A DNA stretch of 64,000 bases from a virus (Duplodnaviria > Caudoviricetes), in IMG/VR virus record IMGVR_UViG_3300045015_000053. One strand, 5' to 3'. The translations under genes were made by a program, and so were the position numbers. Shown in pieces: positions 8,979 through 17,993 of this stretch; positions within the stretch are counted from its first letter, which is position 1; each line of letters opens with the position of its first letter. The notes beneath the pieces were generated by a model. That model was not told the DNA's origin. It did no database searches and worked only from the letters and a program-made list of their open reading frames with translations.

Positions 8979-10028
8979 ATGAGCGACGACAAAGAACTCA
9001 ACGATATACTCGACGCTTCGCCCTCTCGCCGTCGTCGGCGGGACAGGGCCGACCACGACGAATCTCCCGCCGTCTGCGAAAAAGGGGTCGATCCCGACGC
9101 ATGGTCGCGGAGCAACGTTCAATGGACGAGCGGCGACGACCTCCGCTTCATCCCCGCCGCAAAGACGTGCCGTAAGCTTCCGCCCGGCGCATACGAAATC
9201 AAGTCCAATCCGAACGTCGGCACTTACTTCGAGAAGATCCCCGTCAGCATCGACGGGCTGGTGCGGTTTCCCCAAGCCAACACCGACAAGGTGCTTCTGG
9301 AGATCCAGAAGTTCTGGGAACGCGAAGCACTGTTCCGCGAGTACCGTCAGACCTACAAACGCGGCATCCTGATGTGGGGACCGCCCGGCGGCGGTAAGTC
9401 ATGCTGCATCAAGTTCGTGATGAAGGACGTGATCGAGGAACGCAAGGGCATCGTGATCAAGTTCACGAACCCGCACATGTTCGTTGAGGGCATGCGGATT
9501 CTGCGTGAGATCGAGCCGAACACGCCGGTCGTGGTGCTGCTCGAAGACATCGACTCGACCATCGAGCGGTGGAGCGAGACGGAAGTTCTCAACATCCTCG
9601 ACGGCGTGGACAAGATCGACCGCGTGGTCTTCCTCGCGACCACCAACTACCCCGAACTCCTCGGCGCGAGAATCATCAACCGGCCGAGCCGCTTCGACAA
9701 GCGGTTCAAGATCGACAAGCCGAACCCGGAATCGCGGATGATCTTCCTCAAGCACATCCTGTGCGACGAGGCGCGGGCGGCGAAAGAGAAACTGACCCCC
9801 GAAAAGCGGGAGCAGTTTATCAAGAAGCGTGCCGCCGAACTGGGCATCAATCTCGACAAGTGGGTGCGGGACTCGGACGGCTTCAGCATCTCGCACCTGA
9901 AGGAACTGTTCATCGCCGTCATCATCCTCGGCGACGAGTACGCCGACGCCATCAAGACCCTGAAGTCGATGAAGGATCAGATCAGGCACGGCGACGACGA
10001 CGGCACCACGAAGATGGGCTTCATTTGA
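8979..10028 (+). CDS. AAA+ ATPase (classic AAA clade)
   Basis: Walker A GPPGGGKS, Walker B LLEDID, SRH ATTNYPE...NRPSRFD. Confidence 0.88.
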   Translation: MSDDKELNDILDASPSRRRRRDRADHDESPAVCEKGVDPDAWSRSNVQWTSGDDLRFIPAAKTCRKLPPGAYEIKSNPNVGTYFEKIPVSIDGLVRFPQANTDKVLLEIQKFWEREALFREYRQTYKRGILMWGPPGGGKSCCIKFVMKDVIEERKGIVIKFTNPHMFVEGMRILREIEPNTPVVVLLEDIDSTIERWSETEVLNILDGVDKIDRVVFLATTNYPELLGARIINRPSRFDKRFKIDKPNPESRMIFLKHILCDEARAAKEKLTPEKREQFIKKRAAELGINLDKWVRDSDGFSISHLKELFIAVIILGDEYADAIKTLKSMKDQIRHGDDDGTTKMGFI

Positions 10029-10037
10029 AGCGGCGGT

Positions 10038-10080
10038 CAATGCAAGAACCCGGCCGCAGAATGGCCGGGTTCTTGCATTG
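10038..10080. terminator. 18-bp perfect hairpin
   Basis: CAATGCAAGAACCCGGCC-7 nt-GGCCGGGTTCTTGCATTG. Confidence 0.75.
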
Positions 10081-10106
10081 ACAACACAAAGAAACCCATC
10101 GATAAT
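10078..10106 (+). promoter_or_regulatory. sigma70-type promoter for the dnaE C-half
   Basis: TTGACA-17 nt-GATAAT. Confidence 0.75.
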
Positions 10107-10135
10107 TTGCTGTCCACCAGCCAGCGAGATCAATC

Positions 10136-12991
10136 ATGAAGAACGAGGAAGTTGACACACTTCGCATGATGTGCAAGGACGCCCTCGCCGCACGCAACCT
10201 TCAAAACTGCCCGATTCACACCAAGCGACTGAAGTGGGAGATCGCCGAGATCAAGGCCCAAGACGAGGCCGCGTACTTCATCGACCTTCACGCCCGTGGC
10301 GTGAAGTACCCCAAGAACGAAAACAACCTTCTCGTCGCGTGGCTGCTCGGCATCTGCGACGACTATGAGATCGAGAAAGACCCTGAGTGCAACTACGGGG
10401 AGTTCCCCGACATTGACGTGGACTACCTCAAGGTGGTCCGCGACTACCTGAAGAACGAGTGGGCGTTGAAGGAGTTCGACGGCCAGGGCTTCCATACTTG
10501 CAGCATCGGCAACTACAACACCTTCGGGATCAAGCAGGGCTTCATCGAGTGCGCGGTCACCTACGGGGAAGACCGCCACGAGATCAACGCCATCACCAAG
10601 CAACTCAAACTCAAGGACGACGAGGGCAAGGGGCTGACGTTCGACAAGGCTCTCGAACTGTATCCCGAACTCAAGGCGTATTCCGAGAAGTACCCGCACA
10701 TCGCGCGGGCGGTGAAGAAGATGCTTCACCGAAACAAGAACATGGGGAAGCACGCGGGCGGTCTGATCATCGCCGACAGCCCCATCGACAACCTCGTGCC
10801 GCTCGTCAAGAACGCGAAGGACGGGAGCATCAGTTCGGCGTGGGTGGAGGGTCTGCACGGTCAGGACTTGGGGCCGGTAGGTCTGATCAAGTTCGACATG
10901 CTCGTCATCGCGGACCTTGAACGGATCGCGATGATCAACCGGATCATCAAGAAGCGGCACGGGCTTCAGGGCGTGTGCGCCAAGCCGGAAACGCCGGACT
11001 GGGACTGGAGCGACGGCAGCTACCGCCACGACCCGAAGACCCTCGAACTGGCGAACAAGGCCGACCTTCTGGGCATCTTCCAGTTCGACTCGGACGGGAT
11101 TCGGAAGTTGGTCCGCGAGGGCGGGGTGACCAACTTCCGCGACATCGTCGCGTACAGTGCGATCTACCGGCCCGGCCCGCTCAACATGAAGATGGACAAG
11201 GCGTACACCGAGCGGAAGCACGGCCGGGAGGAGTACACCGTACACCAACTGCTCGAAAAGTACCTCGGCTACACCTACGGTGTCATGTGCTTCCAAGAGC
11301 AGGTAATGCAGATGCTCCACTTCGCGGGCAACATCCCGCTGAAGGATACCTACGCCGTCGTCAAAGCCATCGCCAAGAAGAAGGTCAAGGGTTTCGCCAA
11401 GTACAAAGAAAAGTTCATGAAGAACGCGGCGGTCAATCTCGGCCTGACCGAAGAACAGGTTGTCCACCTGTGGGGTCAGATCGAGAGCTTCGCCGAGTAC
11501 GGTTTCAACCGCTCGCACAGTTGTGCGTACAGCTACATATCGGCGCGTCTGCTGTATCAGAAGGCCAACTACCCGTTGGAGTTCTGGGCCGGCACGCTCG
11601 CGTGCGAAGAAGACACTGACACGCTGAACCTGTACCGCCGTCAGGCTCAACGGGCCGGGGTGTCGCCGAACTACATCGACCTGAACAAGAGCCACCACAC
11701 TTTCAGCATCTGCGACGAAGACAATCAGATCTACATGGGCTTCGGAAACATCAAGGGCGTGGGCGAAGCCGCCGCCCGGAAGATCGTGGAGGTGCGAGAG
11801 GCGGGCGGGCCGTTCAAGGGCATCGAAGATTTCATGCTGCGGTACGGAACCGACGCGAAAGTTCTCCGCGCCCTCATCGGGTTGAGACTGTTCAAGGAAA
11901 GCGACCCAGTGACGCTCGCGAAGTTCGTGGAGAACTACAAGGAGTACATCACCAAGCAGCGGCAGCGGCACCAGCGGTACAAGGACAGCATGGAACGCTA
12001 CGACGCCAAGATCAAAGAACTGGTTCCGACCAATCTCCACCCTTTCATTTACCGGGACGGTTTCCTAGACAGCGTTCAGAAGAAGCTCGACAAGGACTTG
12101 GAGAAGGAAGTCGAGATCGAGGAAGAGTACGAAACTGGCGAGACGCAAGAGATCGAAAAGGTCGTTCGCGTTCCGAAGAATGACAACAGCGAGGCTTACG
12201 AGGCCGGCGAAGACATTCTTGTTTACGAGGCCGGCGAGGGCGATCAGGACTACGAGGACGTTGAAGCGTACACCGAGGTTGTCGAGAAGGTGACCGTTCC
12301 GGTGATGGCCACTCGGATCATCAAGAAGCTGAAGAAGTACAACCCGTATAAGCAATTGAAGAAGGAGTTTCAGTTGCGGGCGCGGACCATGAGCCAGTAC
12401 GTCGAGCGGAACGAAGAAGAGGCGAAGAACACGCCGAGTCTGGCGACGTTCAATTCGTCGTCCGTCACCATCGACCCGAAATACGTCGCCCTGCTCCGCT
12501 CGCGGTTGCAGTCCGAGGTGACGTATCTGGGGTTCGAGTGGCAGACGGAGATGGAACGCAGCCCGGATTTCAACCCAGACACGCCGCACACTTACGACGA
12601 CGCGGAGATTCTGGCTTCGCAGGGGAAGAGTACCGTGATGCTGGACGGCCAGATCATGGAAGTGCAAAGTAAATTGGCGAAGAACAAGCGGACGAAGTAC
12701 CACTCTCTTGTATTGATAGACGCACTCGGTCGGCGCGGGTACATCAACGTATGGTCGGACGACTGGGAGCGGTGCAAGGACATTCTCAAGAAGGGGAACT
12801 TGGTCCGCTTGGTGGTCCGACAGCCCACCAAAGGATTCAGCAGCTACTCGCTGTGGTCCCCTCGCGACCGTCGCAGCGGTCTGGGCGGTGTCGTCCAAGC
12901 CGTCCGTCTGATGAAGGCGGAAGAAGAAACGCTGTCGGAAGACGACTTCGAGAAGAAGATGACCGAATTAACCGGGGAGACAGATGAGTGA
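10136..12991 (+). CDS. dnaE: DNA polymerase III alpha, C-terminal half (catalytic palm, fingers, HhH, OB)
   Basis: FPDIDVDY, GKHAGGLII, IKFDML, GIFQFDS, AIYRPGP, YGVMCFQEQVM, YGFNRSHS, GFGNIKGVG. Confidence 0.93.
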   Translation: MKNEEVDTLRMMCKDALAARNLQNCPIHTKRLKWEIAEIKAQDEAAYFIDLHARGVKYPKNENNLLVAWLLGICDDYEIEKDPECNYGEFPDIDVDYLKVVRDYLKNEWALKEFDGQGFHTCSIGNYNTFGIKQGFIECAVTYGEDRHEINAITKQLKLKDDEGKGLTFDKALELYPELKAYSEKYPHIARAVKKMLHRNKNMGKHAGGLIIADSPIDNLVPLVKNAKDGSISSAWVEGLHGQDLGPVGLIKFDMLVIADLERIAMINRIIKKRHGLQGVCAKPETPDWDWSDGSYRHDPKTLELANKADLLGIFQFDSDGIRKLVREGGVTNFRDIVAYSAIYRPGPLNMKMDKAYTERKHGREEYTVHQLLEKYLGYTYGVMCFQEQVMQMLHFAGNIPLKDTYAVVKAIAKKKVKGFAKYKEKFMKNAAVNLGLTEEQVVHLWGQIESFAEYGFNRSHSCAYSYISARLLYQKANYPLEFWAGTLACEEDTDTLNLYRRQAQRAGVSPNYIDLNKSHHTFSICDEDNQIYMGFGNIKGVGEAAARKIVEVREAGGPFKGIEDFMLRYGTDAKVLRALIGLRLFKESDPVTLAKFVENYKEYITKQRQRHQRYKDSMERYDAKIKELVPTNLHPFIYRDGFLDSVQKKLDKDLEKEVEIEEEYETGETQEIEKVVRVPKNDNSEAYEAGEDILVYEAGEGDQDYEDVEAYTEVVEKVTVPVMATRIIKKLKKYNPYKQLKKEFQLRARTMSQYVERNEEEAKNTPSLATFNSSSVTIDPKYVALLRSRLQSEVTYLGFEWQTEMERSPDFNPDTPHTYDDAEILASQGKSTVMLDGQIMEVQSKLAKNKRTKYHSLVLIDALGRRGYINVWSDDWERCKDILKKGNLVRLVVRQPTKGFSSYSLWSPRDRRSGLGGVVQAVRLMKAEEETLSEDDFEKKMTELTGETDE

Positions 12992-13553
12992 CATTGTGAT
13001 CACCAACGAGAATTTCAGCCAGCACTTCCACGACGTGCGGACCAACAGTCCCAAACGCGGGCAGGTGATGGCTCGGTACGCTGCCACGGCCGAACTGGTG
13101 GACGGCGATTTGAAGCGGGACATCATCGACATGTTGTGCCTGCACGAGCAGATCGAGTCGGTCATGAAGATCCTCCGCAAGCTCGCCGGCGCGACGGAAA
13201 AGGATGCCATCAAGATCCCGCTGGAGATGTCGCGTGACCTGTTGACGATGACGCCCGACGAGGTGGCCGCGAAGCCCTATCCTTACGTCTGTGAGTTCTT
13301 CTTCTATACGAAGAAGGAACTGATCCCGGTCGATCCGCACTGGACGTGTATCAGCATCGACAACTTGGAGCAATTCCTCGACGCGGCCGACAACAAGTGC
13401 AAAATGACTGCCCGCGTCCTTTCTGACGAGGAGAAACCGAAGGTCGAGCCTACATACGGGCATGACGAAGCAGGAAGCTCCGGTACGGCGTGTACTGACG
13501 ACAGAGAGGCCGAGGCCGGGTCAATTTTCGACATCGATCCAAGCACACCCTGA
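12984..13553 (+). CDS. hypothetical protein
   Basis: Overlaps the dnaE stop; codon pattern like its neighbours. Confidence 0.65.
   Translation: MSDIVITNENFSQHFHDVRTNSPKRGQVMARYAATAELVDGDLKRDIIDMLCLHEQIESVMKILRKLAGATEKDAIKIPLEMSRDLLTMTPDEVAAKPYPYVCEFFFYTKKELIPVDPHWTCISIDNLEQFLDAADNKCKMTARVLSDEEKPKVEPTYGHDEAGSSGTACTDDREAEAGSIFDIDPSTP
13451..13456 (+). promoter_or_regulatory. putative late promoter TACATA, 5 nt before ATG 13462
   Basis: cTACATAcgggcATG. Confidence 0.45.
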
Positions 13554-14001
13554 CGGCACGATGGTTTCCGGTCAGTGGTGGGACTGTCGGGAGTTGTTTC
13601 AAGAAGACTTTACGAAGCGGACGACCACAATTCTGTTAGCGCACCGGCAAGGTCACTTCAATCGAGTCAGGTCTTTCGTGTCTCTGGCCGAAGAGATCCT
13701 CGGCGTCTCGAACTCCGAGATCGGGCCGACACAACGCAAAACGATCAGCCACATCCTCCCATCGGACTTTTGGGTGAACTGTCCGATGAGGAGGAGCTTG
13801 TTTTCCATCTTGTTGCGTGTGGCCTTGAAGTACGAGGGTGATTTTGACGAGGCTGTTGAGAAGAACCACTACGCTCAGAAAACCAAACCGGCCATCGAGC
13901 GGTTCTTTGCGGGCTACACCCACTACACCGGGCGGATGACCGGCTGGTGCGACCAGTTCGCCGGCCGATCTTCCAAGAGAGTCGAGAGATTGTTGGTGTG
14001 A
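13462..14001 (+). CDS. hypothetical protein, paralog of 42464..43114
   Basis: Shared W..CRE.F, P..FW..C..RRSL..ILLR, TKPA..RF..G.T. Confidence 0.7.
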   Translation: MTKQEAPVRRVLTTERPRPGQFSTSIQAHPDGTMVSGQWWDCRELFQEDFTKRTTTILLAHRQGHFNRVRSFVSLAEEILGVSNSEIGPTQRKTISHILPSDFWVNCPMRRSLFSILLRVALKYEGDFDEAVEKNHYAQKTKPAIERFFAGYTHYTGRMTGWCDQFAGRSSKRVERLLV

Positions 14002-14042
14002 GCTTCTAAATAGTTGGTGCCTAAGCACGCAAAGGATGAACA

Positions 14043-14702
14043 ATGAGCAAAATACTTGGACCGGAATTTGACGACTGGGTCGCACAATGGGAGAAGGCGC
14101 AATCTGACGGCACGTTCGAGAACGCGCCGAAGCCGCCCGTTCAAAACAACAACAGTTTCTTCGGCATGAACTATTCGACCGAGGATTCCGACCTTCCGCC
14201 GGGCGATGCGGACACCCAATACTGGAACCAAGTTTACCAGCGTTCCGACCATTCCGGCCAAGCCCCGGACATCGCCGCTCCAGAAGAGATGTTGACCGAA
14301 ACCAAGAAAAAGCCGGTCGAGAAGAAGCCGGAACCGCCCAAGAAGAAGGTCAAGCCCCTACCCGAACGGCGTCCGCTGAACGAAGAGGCCGTCGATCCGA
14401 ACATCAAGAAGATCGTGAAGGGCAACCAAAACAGTCCGAACCCGATTTACTACTACAGTGCCGGCAAGGACCAAGAGCCGCACGTCACGCCGAACTTCAC
14501 TGACGGCCCGAAGATGCGCGAACTGATCGACCTCAAGTTGAAAGTTCACGCTCTGGAAGGCAAGGTCAACACTATGATTGGAGAAGGTAAGCCCGACACG
14601 CAGGTGGACAAAGTCGAGAGGGAACTTCGCAAAATTCGTGAAAAGCTCGATGAACTGAGCGACACCTTGAACGGCGGATGGGCAGGCTCAATAGAGGACT
14701 AA
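14043..14702 (+). CDS. hypothetical protein, late-promoter associated
   Basis: TAAATA 14007-14012; AAGGA RBS; C-terminal coiled coil. Confidence 0.65.
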   Translation: MSKILGPEFDDWVAQWEKAQSDGTFENAPKPPVQNNNSFFGMNYSTEDSDLPPGDADTQYWNQVYQRSDHSGQAPDIAAPEEMLTETKKKPVEKKPEPPKKKVKPLPERRPLNEEAVDPNIKKIVKGNQNSPNPIYYYSAGKDQEPHVTPNFTDGPKMRELIDLKLKVHALEGKVNTMIGEGKPDTQVDKVERELRKIREKLDELSDTLNGGWAGSIED

Positions 14703-14705
14703 CTC

Positions 14706-15254
14706 ATGGCGTTGAAACCCTGGACCGCACCAGAAACGGTCAACAAGTTGCTCGAAAAAGTCTTTGACAAACACCACGGCGACCGACTGACTAACCTGAA
14801 GATCTCAGTTAGTTTTGACGATTCCAAGCCGTTCGCCAAGAACAAGATGAATCTCGGAAAACTGGTGAAGGTCAGGGATCTTGACAAGTTGCACATGTCC
14901 GTCAAGTACGACTACTACGTCGTGGTTTCTTCGGATTTGTGGCACTCGGCGTTGAACGATCACCAGCGGGAAGCCTATATTGACCTGCACCTGACCCGAT
15001 TGGCTCCCGAATACCAGCCCGTGACCGTTGTCGAGGGCAAGAAAAAGAAGGTGGTGAAGGACCAGTGGGGTCGGGTAGAATACACAAAGGATCTCAAGCT
15101 GGATGCTAACGGCGATCCGATATGGCGTGTGTCGCCGATTGACCTCTACACTTGTGCCGAAAACGCCCGCAAATACGGGCTTTGGCTTGAGGCGATGGAG
15201 GAGTTCGACGCGGCTTGTCGGCACGGGAAGGCCACTGCTAAGGACCAGCAGTAA
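14706..15254 (+). CDS. phage metallopeptidase-like fold protein lacking an intact HExxH
   Basis: DYYVVVSSDLW...HQREAYIDLHL resembles the W..L...Q..AL.DHEL.H family. Confidence 0.45.
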   Translation: MALKPWTAPETVNKLLEKVFDKHHGDRLTNLKISVSFDDSKPFAKNKMNLGKLVKVRDLDKLHMSVKYDYYVVVSSDLWHSALNDHQREAYIDLHLTRLAPEYQPVTVVEGKKKKVVKDQWGRVEYTKDLKLDANGDPIWRVSPIDLYTCAENARKYGLWLEAMEEFDAACRHGKATAKDQQ

Positions 15255-15275
15255 GCCGCTATACCAGAGGGGAAA

Positions 15276-16433
15276 ATGAGTAAGTCAGAGAAGACCGCCG
15301 GGTTGACCGAATCGACCGGCGGCGAGAAGCATGGTCAAGATTCGGACGACAATTCCAAGCAAGATTCAGACCGTAAACCTACCTGTCTGGACCGCGCCTA
15401 CAAACTCTGTGCGGAGCGGCTCCAAGACGCACCTCGTCGGGTGGCGATCTTCGCCCACCCGGTTCCCGACCCTGACGCCATCGGCTCGATGATGGGCCTG
15501 TCGTGGTTCATGCGGAAAGCCTTCGATGTCGAGGTGGACTGCTTCTACGACGGTGTCATCAGCCACCCGCAGAACGTCTCCGTGGTAAACCTTCTTGACC
15601 CCGAACTCAAGAACATGGAAGACTTCCAGACGCAGAACTATGCGTTGCGGATGCTGGTGGACACCGTTCCGTCGCACGCCGCAGTCGGCAAGAACCAAGT
15701 CGATTTCGACTTGGTGTTCGACCACCACAAGGAAACTCCCAACGGCGGTTTCCGTGGCATCTTCGTCAATCTGAAGGCCGGTAGCTGTTGCGCTACCATC
15801 TACCAGTTCATCAAGTCGCGCGGCCTCGCGTTCGACTCCGGTAACGACCGGGACAGCCAGATCGCGACCGCGATGATGGTCGGCATCGCCACCGACACCG
15901 AGAACCTGCTCTCGGACGACACGACCGAGTACGAGTTCGAGGCGTACTGGAAGCTGTTCCCGTACCGCGATTCGGACGCACTGAAAAAGATCGTCAACTA
16001 CAAGCGGCCCAAGTCGTGGGTGGACGCGAAAGCGAACGCTTCTCGTGAAGCGGTCATCAACGGCGAGGGCGTAGGCGTCGTCGGCCTCGGCTTCATCAAC
16101 AGCCGCCAACGCGACCTGATCGCCGACGTTGCCGACGAGATGTCCACATGGGTCAACGTCGAAACCGCAATCGCTTTCGCGGTCGTGGACGGCGACCGGA
16201 TCGAAGGTAGTGTTCGCTCCACGAACCCCAGTGTTTCGGTTCCGGCCTTGTGCAAGGAACTGGGCATGAAGTGCGGTTCCGGCGGCGGCAAGCTCGGCAA
16301 GGGTGCCTACCGCTACGGTCTGGGCGGCGTGTCGGTCGAAGAGGACGAGGAAGAGGATACACGGGCCAAGATGTGGGAGTTCATCAAGACGAAGGAAACC
16401 CGCCGAATCACAAAGATTGCTCGCGGTAGCTGA
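15276..16433 (+). CDS. DHH/DHHA1 phosphoesterase (NrnA/DhhP-like)
   Basis: HPVPDPDAIGS, LVDT, FDHHK, GIATDT, C-terminal GGG. Confidence 0.88.
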   Translation: MSKSEKTAGLTESTGGEKHGQDSDDNSKQDSDRKPTCLDRAYKLCAERLQDAPRRVAIFAHPVPDPDAIGSMMGLSWFMRKAFDVEVDCFYDGVISHPQNVSVVNLLDPELKNMEDFQTQNYALRMLVDTVPSHAAVGKNQVDFDLVFDHHKETPNGGFRGIFVNLKAGSCCATIYQFIKSRGLAFDSGNDRDSQIATAMMVGIATDTENLLSDDTTEYEFEAYWKLFPYRDSDALKKIVNYKRPKSWVDAKANASREAVINGEGVGVVGLGFINSRQRDLIADVADEMSTWVNVETAIAFAVVDGDRIEGSVRSTNPSVSVPALCKELGMKCGSGGGKLGKGAYRYGLGGVSVEEDEEEDTRAKMWEFIKTKETRRITKIARGS

Positions 16434-16456
16434 AAACTGTTAAGATCGCGCGTGTA

Positions 16457-16493
16457 AATAGCGTCGTGCCGTTTTGTGCGGCACGACGCTATT
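16457..16493. terminator. 15-bp perfect hairpin overlapping a TAAATA motif
   Basis: AATAGCGTCGTGCCG-7 nt-CGGCACGACGCTATT. Confidence 0.7.
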
Positions 16494-16509
16494 ATGATTT
16501 AGGAGGCGT

Positions 16510-16770
16510 ATGACGCAGAGCGAAGTGGTTAAACTTCAACCACAACCGGCAGAACAGCAGATCCATGTGGCCGATTATGTGCCGAACCAACCACGATTCA
16601 GCATCCGCTGTCAAAAGTGTCGTTGGGCGGTTGTGAACGGCGGCACGCGACCCGAACTCGCCGGTCTTCACGAGATCCCGAACAATTGCCCGACCTGTGG
16701 CAAAGCGAGGCAGTTCAAGTGTCCGAAGTGTGGCCGACCGGCGAAAATGACGCGAGTCAAGGGTGCCTGA
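16510..16770 (+). CDS. small zinc-ribbon protein
   Basis: CQKC, CPTCG, CPKCG; AGGAGG RBS. Confidence 0.7.
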   Translation: MTQSEVVKLQPQPAEQQIHVADYVPNQPRFSIRCQKCRWAVVNGGTRPELAGLHEIPNNCPTCGKARQFKCPKCGRPAKMTRVKGA

Positions 16771-17993
16771 TCCACAAGAAGGGCGACCTCCCTTCTTGTA
16801 GCGGCAGGTTCGTTCCGCACATCAACTACGTTGACGGGAACGGTCTTTATCGCGGCAAAGAGAACACCCCCGCCGAACTCAAGTTCAAGGTGTTCAAGTT
16901 TTCCAACAGGAAGCGTCCCGACGACATCAACAAAAGACTCATCGTCTCCGTCTTCAGCGAATTCGGGTGTGAGTCCCTGGCAGTCAACTACTGCTTGCCG
17001 TTCCTGTTCAATACACAGCCGCAATACTACCGGATCGCGGTCAGTTGGTACGGCCGCGAGTACCTCTATCGCCACTTGGTGGACGAGTTCTGGGAGCTTG
17101 AGGAGCCGCACCAGTGGCTCCGCGAGTACAGCCGGGCGTTCGCCCACGAGTCGAAAACGATGGACAAGATCGAACGCGCCCTGTCGCAACAAGGCGTGTT
17201 CCTCCCCGCCGCCGTGTTGGGCAACTTCTGCGTCGGCTACTTCTGCACGCAGTGCAAGATTTACTGGGGCGATCCGACCAACAGCGCAAAAGTCTGTCAG
17301 CAGTGCAAAAGCCCGCACCTCGTCCACAGCATGTTCTCCCGCGTTCCAGAATTCCGACCCCACATCACTCCGGTCCCGCGTCCCGGCCCCGAAGCGATGA
17401 AGAAGGTCGCTCACATGGTCAAGCCGAATATGGTCGGCATTTTCGCGCGGCGGCGAGTCTCTTATGGCAGGAACCTGTCTGCGGATTTTTACGCCGATCT
17501 GATCCGGCGTTTGGAATCGATGGGCTACAACGTGATTTGGCTCGGAGAGAAGCAAAGTACACTCCCGTGTCCGCTGCCGCACGTCACGGACTTTTCACGC
17601 ATGCCAGAATCGCGTGATCTCGAACTCACCCTGTCGATCATTTCGCAGTGCAAGTTCACGGTCCAACTTTGGACGGCCTCAACACGGTTTGCGGCGATGA
17701 TGGGGGTTCCGTACCTGATCGTGGAGACGCCGGACCAAATCGCCGGCCCGCCCGGACAGGAAGGCATTCGCCTCGCTCTTTTGACGAAGAGTTACAAGCA
17801 CAAGAAGATGGTGTACTCGCACTTCCGGTGTTTCGAGGACGACACCCCTGGCGGGCTGGCCGCAATTGAGAGGGGCATCAGGGAAATGGAAGCCGGCAAC
17901 TTCAAGGACGTGATCGGCCCGGTCGAGAACGAGTACAACGTCATCAAAAAAATGTCACAGTGCAAAGTATGGGACAGTATGGAGGACAGGTGA
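16617..17993 (+). CDS. GT9-like glycosyltransferase with Zn-finger insert (true start uncertain, probably near 16767)
   Basis: RNLSADFYADLIRRL..GYNVIWLG...LELTLSIISQCKFTV...AAMMGVPYLIV. Confidence 0.65.
   Translation: MSLGGCERRHATRTRRSSRDPEQLPDLWQSEAVQVSEVWPTGENDASQGCLIHKKGDLPSCSGRFVPHINYVDGNGLYRGKENTPAELKFKVFKFSNRKRPDDINKRLIVSVFSEFGCESLAVNYCLPFLFNTQPQYYRIAVSWYGREYLYRHLVDEFWELEEPHQWLREYSRAFAHESKTMDKIERALSQQGVFLPAAVLGNFCVGYFCTQCKIYWGDPTNSAKVCQQCKSPHLVHSMFSRVPEFRPHITPVPRPGPEAMKKVAHMVKPNMVGIFARRRVSYGRNLSADFYADLIRRLESMGYNVIWLGEKQSTLPCPLPHVTDFSRMPESRDLELTLSIISQCKFTVQLWTASTRFAAMMGVPYLIVETPDQIAGPPGQEGIRLALLTKSYKHKKMVYSHFRCFEDDTPGGLAAIERGIREMEAGNFKDVIGPVENEYNVIKKMSQCKVWDSMEDR

Noticed and set aside
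4600-10400. Split intein at the DnaE break
   Set aside because: No Cys/Ser-initiated N-intein after the N-half and no His-Asn-Cys/Ser junction in the C-half leader
10130-12040. Long antisense ORFs (also 3193-4380, 37740-38993, 28281-29285, 53807-54865, 61557-62333)
   Set aside because: Shadow frames opposite well-supported genes, expected from GC-rich codon bias; no motifs or RBS
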